Position numbers and translations under genes: made by a program. A DNA stretch of 64,000 bases from a bacterium (GTDB lineage: Bacteria; UBA8248; JACPRG01; G963555815). Below are positions 42,862-54,545 of this stretch, piece after piece. Below the pieces are notes generated by a model. It was given only the letters and a program-made list of their open reading frames with translations, was not told the origin of the DNA and made no database searches. The stretch is taken from assembly GCA_965261595.1 (NCBI GenBank), contig CBDHDG010000004.1, positions 160,001 through 224,000 of the forward strand, in the 5' to 3' direction. Numbering within the stretch: position 1 is the stretch's first letter; every line of letters begins with the position of its first letter.

Positions 42862-44250
42862 ATGAATCATACGCGCGACCTTCGGGGTTTCATCGAGTTT
42901 CTGGAAAAGCACCATCCGCACGAAGTGATTCGGATTCGCAAAGAAGTCGACCCGAAGTTCGGTGTTTCGGGAATCCTTGCCCAATTGGAAAAAGACGACA
43001 GGTTCCCTCTTGTCATCTTTGAAAAGGTGAAGGGTTCGGACATCCCCCTGGTCGCCAACACGCACGCCAGTATCAGCCGCCTCTGCCTGGCCTTGGGGCT
43101 CGAAGACGCGGATGTAGGGGAATTCTTGAAAGAATACGCCAGGCGGGAGGCGAATCCGCTCGAACCCCAGCACGTCGAGACCGGGCCCGTCAAGCAGGTG
43201 ATTCTCAAAGGGGACGACGTAGACGTGACCCGCCTGCCCATCTGCACCTACCATGAAAAAGACGCCGGACCGTACGTCACGGCATCCCTGGATGTCATGA
43301 AAGACCCCGAGACCGGCATCAACAACGTCGGCATCTACCGCCTGATGCTCAAGGACAAGAACACGTTCGGAATCCAGATCTCTGAGACCTCCCACGGCCA
43401 CCTGATCTGGAAACAGTACGAGAAACGCGGCGAACCCACGCCGATGGCCGCAGTCATCGGACACCACCCGGCCTTTTTCCTGGGCGCCCTGAGCTACACA
43501 CCGCTGGATATCGATGAATTCCGCATCGCCGGCGGCATGATGCGCCGGCCGGTCCGGTTGACGCCTTGCGAGACGATTCCCCTCCAAGTCCCGGCGGACG
43601 CCGAGATCGTGTTGGAGTGCGAGATCCTGCCTCATCTCCGCGAGCCGGAGGCGCCTTTCGGAGAATATCCCGGGACGTACGGTCCCGAGCGGATGAATCC
43701 CATCGTGAAGGTCAAGGCCATCACGATGCGCGAAAATCCCCTTTACCAGAACGCGTTTTGCTCGCATGCCGATGATTTTCTCCTCGGCGGCTTCACGCAA
43801 ACCGCCGCCATCGAGAATACGGTCAGGATCGCCTGTCCAACCGTCAAAGCGGTTTTTCTCCCCCCGTCCGGTTTGTGCCGATTCACCTGCTACATCGCCA
43901 TCGAGAAAATGATCGAGGGGGAGGCGAAGCAGGCGGCCATGGCGGCCTTTGTGGCCGACGCCTATCTGAAATTCGTCGTCGTGGTGGATGAGGACGTGGA
44001 CGTGACCAGCGACAAAGAGGTCCTGCGCGCCATTGCGACGCGGGTGCGCGCCGACCGGGACATCTTCATGATCACGCATGCCAAAGGCTCCCCGCTCGAC
44101 CCCGCCTCCTATAACCCGGCGGAGGGCTCCCACCTCGTCACAAAAACGGGAATCGACGCGACCCGAAAAGCCAATTACCCCGAGGAGGTCTCGGTTCCGG
44201 GGGTGGACGGAATTGATCTAAGGGAGTTCATCGAAGACTACGAGGCGTAG
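42862..44250 (+). CDS. UbiD-family (de)carboxylase
   Basis: HEKDAGPY, NVGIYRL, EAPFGEYPG, VVDEDVD, SPLDPAS, GIDAT. Confidence 0.92.
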   Translation: MNHTRDLRGFIEFLEKHHPHEVIRIRKEVDPKFGVSGILAQLEKDDRFPLVIFEKVKGSDIPLVANTHASISRLCLALGLEDADVGEFLKEYARREANPLEPQHVETGPVKQVILKGDDVDVTRLPICTYHEKDAGPYVTASLDVMKDPETGINNVGIYRLMLKDKNTFGIQISETSHGHLIWKQYEKRGEPTPMAAVIGHHPAFFLGALSYTPLDIDEFRIAGGMMRRPVRLTPCETIPLQVPADAEIVLECEILPHLREPEAPFGEYPGTYGPERMNPIVKVKAITMRENPLYQNAFCSHADDFLLGGFTQTAAIENTVRIACPTVKAVFLPPSGLCRFTCYIAIEKMIEGEAKQAAMAAFVADAYLKFVVVVDEDVDVTSDKEVLRAIATRVRADRDIFMITHAKGSPLDPASYNPAEGSHLVTKTGIDATRKANYPEEVSVPGVDGIDLREFIEDYEA

Positions 44251-44419
44251 GATCAACAGAATCTTCTGAAAGCGGCCCGGCCCTTTCTCCCTTCGAACGG
44301 GCTTTTCCTGTCGAAAAGCGCGGTCTTCAGACCTATCTTTTAAAAATTGCTGTTTCGATGGGAAGGTCCCGGTGTTTGGGATTTTTTCGGATGACCGGCT
44401 CGTTACCCAAGGAATCGTG

Positions 44420-46059
44420 ATGAAAGCATCCGACCTGTTTATCCGCTCACTTGAACAGGAGGGAGTTGAATACATCTTCGGCGTTCCGGGGGAGGAGACC
44501 CTCGACTTTCTCGAATCCTTGAGGGAGTCCCGGATCCGGTTCATTTTGACCCGGCATGAGCAATGCGCGGGGTTCATGGCGGCCACGTACGGGCGTTTGA
44601 CCGGCAAGGTCGGCGTGTGCCTCGCCACCCTCGGCCCGGGCGCGACCAACCTGGTCACCGCCGCCGCTTACGCCCAACTGGGCGCCCTGCCGATCCTGAT
44701 GATCACCGGCCAGAAGCCGGTCAAGAAAAGCAAGCAGGGCCGGTTTCAGATTGTGGACGTCGTCGAGATGATGCGGCCCATCACAAAATTCACAAAACAG
44801 ATCGTCACTGGAGACAGCATCCCCGTTCTTGTCCGGGAGGCGGTGCGACTCGCGCAGGAGGAACGCCCCGGGGCCGTCCACCTGGAGCTGCCCGAAGACA
44901 TCGCCACCGAGACGACCACCGCAGCTCCCTTTGAGGTCAGCGCCGCAAGAAGGCCGAGCGCGAACGAGCGCGTGATCGATGAAGCGGTGGAGATGCTGAA
45001 GGCCGCCAAGATGCCGCTTGTCCTGATCGGCGCCGCCGCCAACCGGAACCGACGAGCGTCGCCCTGGCCGAATTGATCGAGAAAACGGGCATCTATTTTT
45101 TCAACACCCAGATGGGCAAAGGGGTCGTCGATGAACGACATCCCCTGTTTCTTGGAACGGCCGCCCTTTCCACCGAGGACTACCTGCATCGCGCCATCGA
45201 GGCCGCGGACCTGATTGTCAACGTCGGTCATGACGTGATCGAAAAACCGCCTTTCTTTATGGAGCCTCAGGGGGCGCGGGTTATTCACATCAATCATTTT
45301 TCGGCGAACGTGGATGAGGTGTATTTTCCGCAATTGGAGATCGTCGGCGACATTGCCACGACCGTCGAGCGTCTCACCGGGCGTCTCAAGGACGGCGGGC
45401 CTTGGGCGTGCGGCTACTTCGACCGGGTGAAAGAGGAAATCGAAGGCCACATCCGCGAGAAAAGCCGGGATTCCAGATTTCCCGTCATTCCGCAGCATCT
45501 GGTCGCGGCCGTCCGCGAGGTCATGCCGGATAACGGGATCATCGCGCTGGACAACGGCGTCTACAAGATCTGGTTCGCCAGAAACTACAAGGCCTACCAA
45601 CCCAATACGGTTTTGCTCGACAACGCCCTGGCGACGATGGGCGCCGGCCTTCCTTCCGCCATGTGCGCGAAGCTCGTCCACCCTGATCGGAAGGTGATGG
45701 CGGTATGCGGGGACGGGGGGTTCCTGATGAACTCCCAGGACCTCGAAACGGCCGTCCGGCTGGGCCTGGATTTGGTGATCCTCATTCTCCGGGACGACGC
45801 CTATGGGATGATTCGCTGGAAACAGGCGGGGATGGGATTCCAGGACTTCGGCCTGACGTACGGCAACCCCGATTTCGTGAAGTACGCGGAGAGCTACGGG
45901 GCGGCCGGACACCGCGTTTCATCGACAGACCGGCTGACGACCCTCCTCAAAGAGCAATTGGACAGCCCCGGCGTCCACATTGTGGAAGTTCCCGTGGATT
46001 ACTCCGAAAACGAAAGGGTCCTGATTGAGGAGCTTCAGTCGAAGACATGGACCTTGTAG
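44420..46059 (+). pseudogene. acetolactate synthase large subunit, frameshift near 45060
   Basis: FGVPGEE, TRHEQ, TLGPGATN in the first frame; LDNALATMG, GDGGFLMN in the second. Confidence 0.88.
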
Positions 46060-46268
46060 GGGAGAGCGATGCCGGGTCGGCTTTTCAGGAAGGGCGAATC
46101 GATACACCGATAATTTAGATTAATTAGATATATATAACATATTGATTAAAGAAGGAATAAATCTTCAATCCATGAAACCGTCCTGGTTGCGCTGGGACCA
46201 AAATCCTCCAAAACCGTTCTTCTCGAAGGGACGGCCCCTCAACCTCGCGGTTCGTTAGGGGGGGGGCG

Positions 46269-47609
46269 CTATTGTCCATACCGATCCTTATAGAAATCCA
46301 GGAGCTGTTGAATCTGGTCCTTCGTCATTCCTTTTCGCCAGGCGTGCATCTTCCCTTTGACGTGTCTGGCCGATATGCCCGGCATCAGCGCCTCCGCCTC
46401 GGGCAGGAACTTGAAGTAGAAGTGCTTGGCCACCTCGTAGAACCCGTGCCACTGGGTGTAATCTGGGCCTTGCATCGAGACCCCCATCCGCGCGCGGCGG
46501 CCCTCGTGATGCCAGAGCTCGAAAAAGGTCCACTCGATCTTATCGTCGAAGGGCGTCGGCGTGATCTTTCCCGCCGCCTTGAGCTCCTTCATAACGGCCT
46601 GCGCCGGCCTGGCGAACTTGTCGTTGTAGAGAATGACCGCATTGTCGAACTGCTTGTAGAACCCGTCGATGAACGCGGGGCCGTGACACGCCACGCAGAC
46701 CTGTTTCATGTCTTTCCGCCTCGCTTCCCAATTCTCAAGCTTCGTCGAGATGACCGGCCGAAGCGTCCAACTGATCCGCTTGCCGACGTCATGCGTGACC
46801 GGCAGGTTCTTGGTGGCGCTCATGTGGCACGTCGCGCACGTCGGCGCGGCTGAGTAGTCCTTGCCCACGATCCAGGACTTGCTCTCCAGGTTTATCTCAT
46901 TGATTCGGGCGCGAAAGACGATGCCGTGCTTCGATTCGTTGTAGATCTCGATCTGCGGATGATCGGGTCCCATGTGGCACTTCCCGCAGTTTTCCGGCTG
47001 CCGGGCCTGGGCGCGGGCGAACACGTGGCGGGCGTGGCAGGCGGAGCAAGCCCCGTTGCTTCCGTCGGGATTGATCCGCCCAATTCCTGTGTTGGGCCAG
47101 GTGGCGGGGTCCAGCTTGCCGTTTGCCATCACCTTGACGATGCTGCCGTGGCATTTCTGGCAACCGGTGATGGCGGCGGGGTTGCCCTCGACGACCACGC
47201 CGAGGAAGTTGTCCAGGGAGCCGATGAACTGCGTGGCCTTGGCGTGGTGGCTCGCCTGGAACTCCGTGACCTGCGGCTGGTGGCACTTGGCGCAATCCTT
47301 GGGCGATACGATGGTGGCGACGAGACTGCCTTCATGCTCCCAGGCGTCCGGGTCGCCCTTGTTTGCGGCGTGGCAATCGGCGCAGCCTACGCCCAGCGTC
47401 GCGTGGGTGCTGTCCTCCCATTGCTTCACGATCCCAGGCGTTTTTTCGCCGTGGCAGGTGACGCACGCCTCGTTTTTCGCCGTGACGACCGGCTTGGCTT
47501 TTTTGTCCGGCAGAAGCCGGTCGCTCTCGATCCAACCCACAATGAGGAGAGAGGCCAGAAAGAACAGACTCAGAATCGCGACGATCCACTGCTTCACCCT
47601 AAAATCCAA
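46269..47609 (-). CDS. octaheme c-type cytochrome, hydroxylamine-oxidoreductase family
   Basis: Eight CxxCH motifs (CVTCH, CADCH, CAKCH, CQKCH, CSACH, CGKCH, CATCH, CVACH); WPNTGIGRINPDGS, GPDHPQ, WHHEGRRARMG, GPDYTQWHG. Confidence 0.9.
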   Translation of the reverse strand: MDFRVKQWIVAILSLFFLASLLIVGWIESDRLLPDKKAKPVVTAKNEACVTCHGEKTPGIVKQWEDSTHATLGVGCADCHAANKGDPDAWEHEGSLVATIVSPKDCAKCHQPQVTEFQASHHAKATQFIGSLDNFLGVVVEGNPAAITGCQKCHGSIVKVMANGKLDPATWPNTGIGRINPDGSNGACSACHARHVFARAQARQPENCGKCHMGPDHPQIEIYNESKHGIVFRARINEINLESKSWIVGKDYSAAPTCATCHMSATKNLPVTHDVGKRISWTLRPVISTKLENWEARRKDMKQVCVACHGPAFIDGFYKQFDNAVILYNDKFARPAQAVMKELKAAGKITPTPFDDKIEWTFFELWHHEGRRARMGVSMQGPDYTQWHGFYEVAKHFYFKFLPEAEALMPGISARHVKGKMHAWRKGMTKDQIQQLLDFYKDRYGQ

Positions 47610-47637
47610 CCGACCATCCTCCCAGCCGGGCCTCGTC

Positions 47638-48699
47638 TTATGATGCGAGGCCTTCCCAAAGCATGAGGCCCGTCAACAGCAGGACCGCGGCGATTCCCAC
47701 GTAGATGCTGATTTCCAATCCGGGCGCTTTCTTATCAATGCCGGCGTCGATCCAGGGCCACAGGACCATGACCCCGACGCCCAGCAGAGCGCTCAACAGC
47801 CCGACCTGGAAAGAGAAGAGTTTCAACCAACGGAAGACCGGGTAGAAATACCACTCCGGCTTGATGTGCTCGGGCGTCACGGCGGGGTCCGCGGGTTCTC
47901 CCAGAGCGGCCGGAAAGATGAGGGCCAACTGGCTCAGGAGAAACATGAGAAAAACCGCGATGATCATCTCCGTCAGGATGTGGTCCGGAAAAAACGGAAA
48001 AAACCGCTCTTTCTCACCCGTCCCGCCCGCGCCCCCTTCGCGGCGGATTTCCGTCACGCCGTGGGCCCGGATCAGAAACACGTGCGCGGCGATCAGCAGA
48101 AACGCCAGTGTGGGCAGAACGCCGATGTGAAAGATGTAAAAGCGCGTGAGCGTGTTCGGCCCCACCGCGGGTCCGCCCCGTATGAACCCGGCGATGTAGC
48201 TCCCGACGAACGGCACGGCCTCGGAGATGTTCGTCCCCACCACCGCCGCCCAGTAGGAAATCTGGCTGTATTGCAGTGAATACCCCGTGAACCCGAAGCT
48301 CATGATGACGAGCAGAAGCCCGAAGCCGACGACCCAGTTCAACTCTCTCGGTTTCCGGTACGCGCCGGTGAAAAACACCCGCATCATGTGAAGGATGACC
48401 GAGACGACCATCAGGTGTCCCGCCCAGACGTGGATGCTTCTCAGGTACCAGCCGAAGGGCACAACCTCGGAGATGTGGCGCACCGAGTCATAGGCCCTGT
48501 CGGCTTGCGGGACGTAGTAGAAGGTCAGCGCGATGCCGGTCGTGACCTGGATGAAGAAGAGGTAGAGGGGCGTGCCGCCCAGACAGAACCACCACGACTT
48601 GAGGTGCCGGGGGATGGGCTCGCTGCTGAGGTGCCTGAGGTTGTCCCAATCGATGGGGACGCGTGTGTTGAGCCAGTCGATGACGCTGGACTTCGCCAT
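47638..48699 (-). CDS. cytochrome b (b6 plus subunit IV-like)
   Basis: WFCLGG, RSIHVW.GH, YRKPRELNW, FYIFH, IKPEWYF. Confidence 0.92.
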   Translation of the reverse strand: MAKSSVIDWLNTRVPIDWDNLRHLSSEPIPRHLKSWWFCLGGTPLYLFFIQVTTGIALTFYYVPQADRAYDSVRHISEVVPFGWYLRSIHVWAGHLMVVSVILHMMRVFFTGAYRKPRELNWVVGFGLLLVIMSFGFTGYSLQYSQISYWAAVVGTNISEAVPFVGSYIAGFIRGGPAVGPNTLTRFYIFHIGVLPTLAFLLIAAHVFLIRAHGVTEIRREGGAGGTGEKERFFPFFPDHILTEMIIAVFLMFLLSQLALIFPAALGEPADPAVTPEHIKPEWYFYPVFRWLKLFSFQVGLLSALLGVGVMVLWPWIDAGIDKKAPGLEISIYVGIAAVLLLTGLMLWEGLAS

Positions 48700-48703
48700 T
48701 GAA

Positions 48704-49162
48704 TCAGCCCCCCCCCCTCGCCATTTCGACGAAGACGCTTCTGCCCCGGACCTGAACCGGAATCTGCCGCAACGGCGTCGGGGGCGGTCCGGCAATCGGC
48801 CTGCCTTCGGCGTCGAAGTAGCCATCGTGGCACGGGCAGTGGAACTTTTTCTGCTCCGGCCGCCAGAAGACCTGGCACCCCAGGTGGGTGCACCGTGTGT
48901 CGAAGGCCTGGATCCGGTCCCCGGAATTGACCAGGACGAACTTCCGCCCCGCCAAGTCCTTGTACGTTCTGCTGGAGCCCGTGGGGATGTCGCCGATGGA
49001 CGCGACCAGAATGTTTAAGACGGGCGGGCGGCTCTGTCTGCCGAACAGGTACCGCAGACCATAGACGGCCGCGGTCCCGAAGCTCAAGAGCAGGCCGGCG
49101 GCCATGAACACCGTTGCGATGAACCCGCGCCTGTCGAGCTTCCGATCGACCTCTGAAACCAA
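48704..49162 (-). CDS. Rieske 2Fe-2S protein
   Basis: Tat motif DRRGFI, CTHLGC, CPCHDG, GPPPTPL. Confidence 0.92.
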   Translation of the reverse strand: MVSEVDRKLDRRGFIATVFMAAGLLLSFGTAAVYGLRYLFGRQSRPPVLNILVASIGDIPTGSSRTYKDLAGRKFVLVNSGDRIQAFDTRCTHLGCQVFWRPEQKKFHCPCHDGYFDAEGRPIAGPPPTPLRQIPVQVRGRSVFVEMARGGG

Positions 49163-49390
49163 CTTGCCTCCCCCCTCCCCCCCCGTGGACAACGACTACG
49201 CAATCGGGACAGCACCGGAGACAAGAACCATCCTTTGGGCATTTCCCAAAAGGCAGCCACATCATCAAACAATTTTCGCAAACAAACAAGGAAAACGCGC
49301 CGGCTTTTCTCAAATCCCTTCGGTTCGCCGCCGATGGCGGGCCGGCGGGCGGGGATTCCTCAAAATACCAGAGGCGCTCACGACTCTTCC

Positions 49391-50341
49391 TCACCCCCCC
49401 ACCTTCGGGATGACCTCCTCGGCCAGCATCTCCACCTGGTCGGGATGATACTTGTAGGGAATCAGGACGATTCGATTCACGCCGACGTCCGCGTGCCGCC
49501 GGAGCTGCTCCGCGCAGTGATCGGCCGATCCGATGATCGCGCTCTCCTTCGTGGATTCGCTCCACGAGGCGTAGTCCCACTCGGTCGTGAGCCACTCCTC
49601 CATGTCCGCCCGCTCCCGGTCGGACTGGGTGACCATGATGGGGATCTGATTCAGGCTTTCCAGCTCGTTCGGGTCCCGGCCGGCTTCCTCGGCGTAGCCC
49701 TTGATCTTGTCCATGGACCGCGTGAACGCCTCCGGGGTGTAGAAATACGTCAGCCAGCCGTCCCCCTTTGTCGCCGTCCGCTTCAACACCCGGTCGGCGT
49801 ATCCGCCGATCAGGATCGGTGGGCGCGGATTCTGAAAGGGCTTAGGCTGGAGCACGGCGCTGCGCAGGTTATGGGGAGGGTACTCGCCGCTCACCTTGTC
49901 TTCGGTCCAGAGTCGGGTGAGGATCTCCAGATTCCGGTCGAACAGGTCGCCGCGTTTTTTGAACGGGATGCCGACGGCGTCGAACTCCCGGGCGTACCAG
50001 CCGCTGGCCAGGCCGAGGATGAGCCGCCCTTTCGAGATGATGTCGAGCGTCGCCGTCTCCTTGGCCAGAATCGCCGGGTTTCTCAATGGGAGGACGAGGA
50101 CGCCCGTCCCCAGCTTGATCGTCGTTGTGTGACACGCGATGGCCGTCAGAAGGGTCAGCGAGTCCAGGATCGGGAAGCAGGGCTCCACGCCGAGGAAGAT
50201 GTGGTCCCACACCCAGACGGAATCGTACTCCAACTCCTCCGCGCGCTGGCAAAAGGCGATGAGGTCATCCGGATCGGGCATCTCCGGATAGGCCGTAAAG
50301 CTCCTGACGCCCAGGCCAAACGTCACACCGTTCCCAGTCAT
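49391..50341 (-). CDS. LLM-class flavin-dependent oxidoreductase
   Basis: SVWVWDH, LGTGVLVLPLRNP, TLDIISKGRLILGL, PPILIGG. Confidence 0.9.
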   Translation of the reverse strand: MTGNGVTFGLGVRSFTAYPEMPDPDDLIAFCQRAEELEYDSVWVWDHIFLGVEPCFPILDSLTLLTAIACHTTTIKLGTGVLVLPLRNPAILAKETATLDIISKGRLILGLASGWYAREFDAVGIPFKKRGDLFDRNLEILTRLWTEDKVSGEYPPHNLRSAVLQPKPFQNPRPPILIGGYADRVLKRTATKGDGWLTYFYTPEAFTRSMDKIKGYAEEAGRDPNELESLNQIPIMVTQSDRERADMEEWLTTEWDYASWSESTKESAIIGSADHCAEQLRRHADVGVNRIVLIPYKYHPDQVEMLAEEVIPKVGG

Positions 50342-50720
50342 CTTTTTCTCCTCTCAACCATGGTCTCCTGTGGAGACCGAATGAATCCACCGGAGCACTG
50401 GCTTGTCTCAACATCCGGATGTGCCCGGGGAACCGCACATGCCCTTTCCCCGTGCGGGGGCGTGCGCGAAGATTTCCAGCACTGGATTAGACCGAATCCT
50501 CGGCTTCCTGGCAAGTCGTCGATAGAAAGGGGGGAGACAATTCTAATGGTTGTGCAAAGAGACCTTATCTCTGATAACATGATGGGCCATGTCAAACGAG
50601 GATAAGATTAGGATGCCGAAAGGTTGTATCTGGAAAATTCCGGATGAACTCTATGAGAGGCGTCAATCTCTTCTTCATTTCTCCCTGAGGCCGTTTGGCA
50701 TCCATTTTTAGAGGTTTCCA

Positions 50721-52388
50721 CCGGAATTTCCCATATCAACTTGCTTGGGTGGTTTCCGGTCCCCTTTCCCGATGAAAACCAGTTGATCCCCTTCCGATGG
50801 GTTTGTCAAGAGCCTTCCAACCCTCCGCAACAAGGTGCTGACGGCCATCGACTGCCCCAAAAGGCGGACCCTCGCCCTTCGGTCCCCTTTATTCGCGGTT
50901 CAACCCGTTAACCAATCACCTCATGCTGCCGGGAACCCTCTGCACAAGGTTAGACCGGCACCGGCCGTAATCGGTTGATTCGGTCCAGGATGATGGCGAA
51001 CTCTTCCCTGGACACCGCTACTTCGGCCAATTGAAAGATGATCTGCCGGGCGTGCCGCACAATCCTCCCGCCCATTTTGATGAGCTTGACCTGGAGGCTT
51101 CGCAGCGACCAGTGCTTGAGCCCCCTGGGCAAGGCTAGCCTGCGCAGGAAATTGCCCAGGTTGTACGCCAGGACGAAGAGAAGGAGCCGCACCTGGTTGC
51201 ACACGAACCGGTGACAGGAAAGGCGTGTCCAGTTCATGGCGTACTTGCCTTCCTTGATCCATTGCTCGGCTGTGCCTCGCTGGTTGTAGAAGTGCACGAC
51301 CCCCTCGGGTCGAGCCGTCAGGTTCGTGACAATGAATCCGACGCGAGGGAAGAGTTCGCCTGAGTGCCATTCCACCTTCGCCACGACCCGCCGGGAACGG
51401 TCCCAGCTTCCAGCCTGATACCGGAAGTCGTAATAGAAGATGATGGGTCTCTTGGGCGGGCGACCGACCGGGCGGGTGAGGAGGAAGTCGATCTCTCGCT
51501 GCACCACGTCGTTGGCGGGAAGGCGGATGGCGTAAAGGAAGCTGTGCGCTTCCAGGCACTCATAGACCTCCGGGCGCGCAAAGGCGGCATCGGCTCGGAA
51601 GTAACGGCGAACACCCGCCCGCTCATACCGGGCCGCGATGGGCGAAAGCAACTCGCGCCAGCCATCGGCGCTGTGCACGTTGCCGGGGCGCAACATCGCC
51701 CCTTCGCAGTCCCCGAACTGGTTAAAGCAAAAAAGAGGGTGATAACAGGTGCAACGAAAGTGGCCGTTGTAGGCCGTACCTTCCTGCTCCCCATGGACGG
51801 GGCTTTCCGAGCTGTCCATGTCCAGGATGATTCGCTGATGGGGTGAGTGTGCCATGGCCCGGTCCACCCACTCCCGGTTCAGCTCGCTCCGGCCCCTTGA
51901 GATTCTCCTCCCTGGTGAGAACCTCGGTCTCGAACCGGCTCAGGGTGTTGGCGCCCGCCGCCTGCTTCTCAAGCGCTCGGCGGCCGACCACGGCTTGCAT
52001 CGCGGGGTCCTGGGCCAACCGCTCGGCATCGTTGGTGTCTTCATACCCTGCCAAGCGGCTATAGACCGACTGGCGCAATAGCGGCGCCAACTCATGCTGG
52101 ATGTTCCGGCCATGACGGATCTCTTGCAATTGCACTGGCGCTCTCACCGTCAAACCCAGCGCATCATCCAGCTCCCGGCAGGCCAGCAATCCCGCATCCG
52201 AAGTGATTCTGGTTCCGTGAAACTCAAGCCTCAGCCGACGGTCAAAACGGATCTTCAAAGCCCCCTTCTTCGCTTCACCCATTGGGTCCCCTCGCAAGAT
52301 GATGGCAGGGAGAGGCCAACACCTTGATCTTACACGAGAAAACGGCATTCGGTCCGACAAAACTTATGATCCATATGGGAAATGCGGG
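50721..52388 (-). mobile_element. IS1380-family element, copy 1 (frameshifted transposase)
   Basis: IRs CCGGAATTTCCCATAT / CCCGCATTTCCCATAT; TSDAGL, LDMDSS, RADAAF, YNQRGTAEQWIKEGK. Confidence 0.92.
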
Positions 52389-52818
52389 TTAAGGTCTTTC
52401 TGATTTGTGATTTCTTGGTTCCCGGATTCGGCGTTCAAGCTGACCGTGTGGTTTGCATCGAAAAACCCGTTGGCGGCAAGGCTCTTCGCTATTTGGGCGG
52501 CGTTGTAGTAGTCAAACGTTCCTCTTTTGAAGTATGTCGACCCGGCCAGAAGCTCGTTGTACCGAATGATATAGTTCTCAATGGCGCTCTTTAAGTCTTT
52601 CGTATTTAGGGCAGACAACACCTTGTCATTAAATACCTTATCGTACTCGAACGAAGAAAATAGGTTGTCCTTTTGCTCTTCCACTTCCCTCTTTATACGA
52701 ATTAGTGCGGCATCTAACTCGACGCTAGTGGGCATGATCGCAGACGATATCTCAACCTCCAGATCTTTCTTGGAGCCCGATTGAATCTTAATTGCGCTGA
52801 GAAGCGCTGCCTTGGCTG

Positions 52819-54222
52819 TGGACCGCCCCTGGGTTATTGGACACTCGGGTGAGGGTATTCGACCTCATGCGGCCTCCGCAACTTGAGCGAGTTTTTCCTG
52901 CCTTGCCTGGGCCGGCGTTCGGTAGCCGTAGCCCTCGAGAATCCAATGATGGTTGTACAGGTTCTTGAACTCAAGCAGCGCCCACCGCAGTTCCTCTACG
53001 GTGGCGAAAGAGCGCACCCACAGGAGATTCTCCTTCAAGATGCGGATGAACCACTCACAGTAGCCATTTCCCTCGGGCGCCCGCACGAAGCTGGGCGAAC
53101 TGGTCATGCCCAGGTAGGCGATCTCCCGCTGAAAGTCATCGGACAGATAGGCGGGGCCGTGGTCGTGACGAACTTTAAGCCCCTCGGCGACGTCCGCCTC
53201 CAAGCCGGCGAAGCGCTCGGCGACCCCCTGCCGGATCGGCTCCAGGGCCTCGAAGCGGTTGCCGCTCTTGGCCGCATGGATCCCCACGCAGTCCACCGAA
53301 CAGTGATCCACCGCCACGAACACCGAGGCCACCCCCTCCTCGGTGGTCACCGTCGTCGTCATGTCCGTGCCCCACATTCGGTCGGGCCGCTCGGTGCGGA
53401 TGGTCCCGTTGTGGGCCTTGGGACCTCGGGGTTTGCCCACCCGGTGGGGGGCCTGAAGCCCCGCCTCCCGCATCAGGCGACGCACCCGCTCCTTGCTGGT
53501 GCGGATGCCCGCGAAGCGCAGCCTCGCCCACACCTTGCGGTAGCCCTCGCCATGGAAGGGAGAGTCCTCCAGGACCTGCCGGATGTGACCGAGGAGTTCC
53601 GCATCGGTGCACGGGCCCACAGGGCCGCGCTTATTGGGCGTGGGGCGTTCATGAACGGGGACCGCCTCTCGCCGCCGTTGCGCGTAGACCGTGGAGCGCG
53701 CCAAGCCCCAAAGGGCGCACACCCGCTTCAGGCCGTAGGCTCTGCCCGTGGAGGTGAAGCGGGCCTGACTCATCGCCTCCACCTCCTGCCGGCTAAAGGG
53801 CGGCCGGCCTCCAGGCGGTCGATCTTCTCCCGCAGGACCTCGCCCTCCATCGTGAGTTCGCCCACCTTGGCCTTGAGCCGGGCGTTCTCCTCGGCCCGCT
53901 CATCCGCCGGGCGAGCTTTGAGCGCCGCCTCGCCCCCGCGAAGGAACGCCTCGCGCCAGGCGGAAAGCCGAGCCGCTGTCGTGCCCAACTCGCGGCAGAG
54001 CGTCTCCAGGCTCTCGCCCCGCAAAAGACGCAGGACCGCCTCCCGCTTGCGCTGGCAGGAGAACCGACCCCGCTCACTGCGATGCCCTGGGGCCTTGGCT
54101 CCGTTCGCCCTACGGGCGCCCTCCGCCAAAGCCCCCTCTTGCTTTTGTTCGTTCATCGCGACACCCCTTTCTCCATGAATCATGGATCAATCGAGTGTCC
54201 AACAAAACCCTAGAGCGGGGGA
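52819..54222 (-). mobile_element. 1404-bp IS3-like element, copy C
   Basis: Near-identical to copy B; TSD GCTG. Confidence 0.95.
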
Positions 54223-54545
54223 GCTGCTTCAGTAGCACGGAGCAAGTCGTCAAATTCCTTTTTCAGTTTTGGTTCCAGAAGCAAAGTAGATGTTTGTTCC
54301 GTGAGGCCGAGCTGCTCGTCGTAAGGGGTCACCACCAGTATTCGCCGCCCGCTCACATCTTCGCCAGCCTCATCGGTGATCTTCCTTACAGTTTTGCGTT
54401 TCGTGAAGATACGATCTTCAGAATCCTTGTCATCGGCGGCGTCTTGGAATGTCTGGGCCAAAGACGATTTCATCACACCGTTGGGTGCATATAGCGCATA
54501 GGCCTGCGTGTTCGAAAAATCGAAATCTCTCTGGAGACCCTTAAT

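Noticed and set aside
50613..50720. Short ORF (WKIPDELYER) resembling an IS5 transposase N-terminus
   Set aside because: Too little sequence to support a call.
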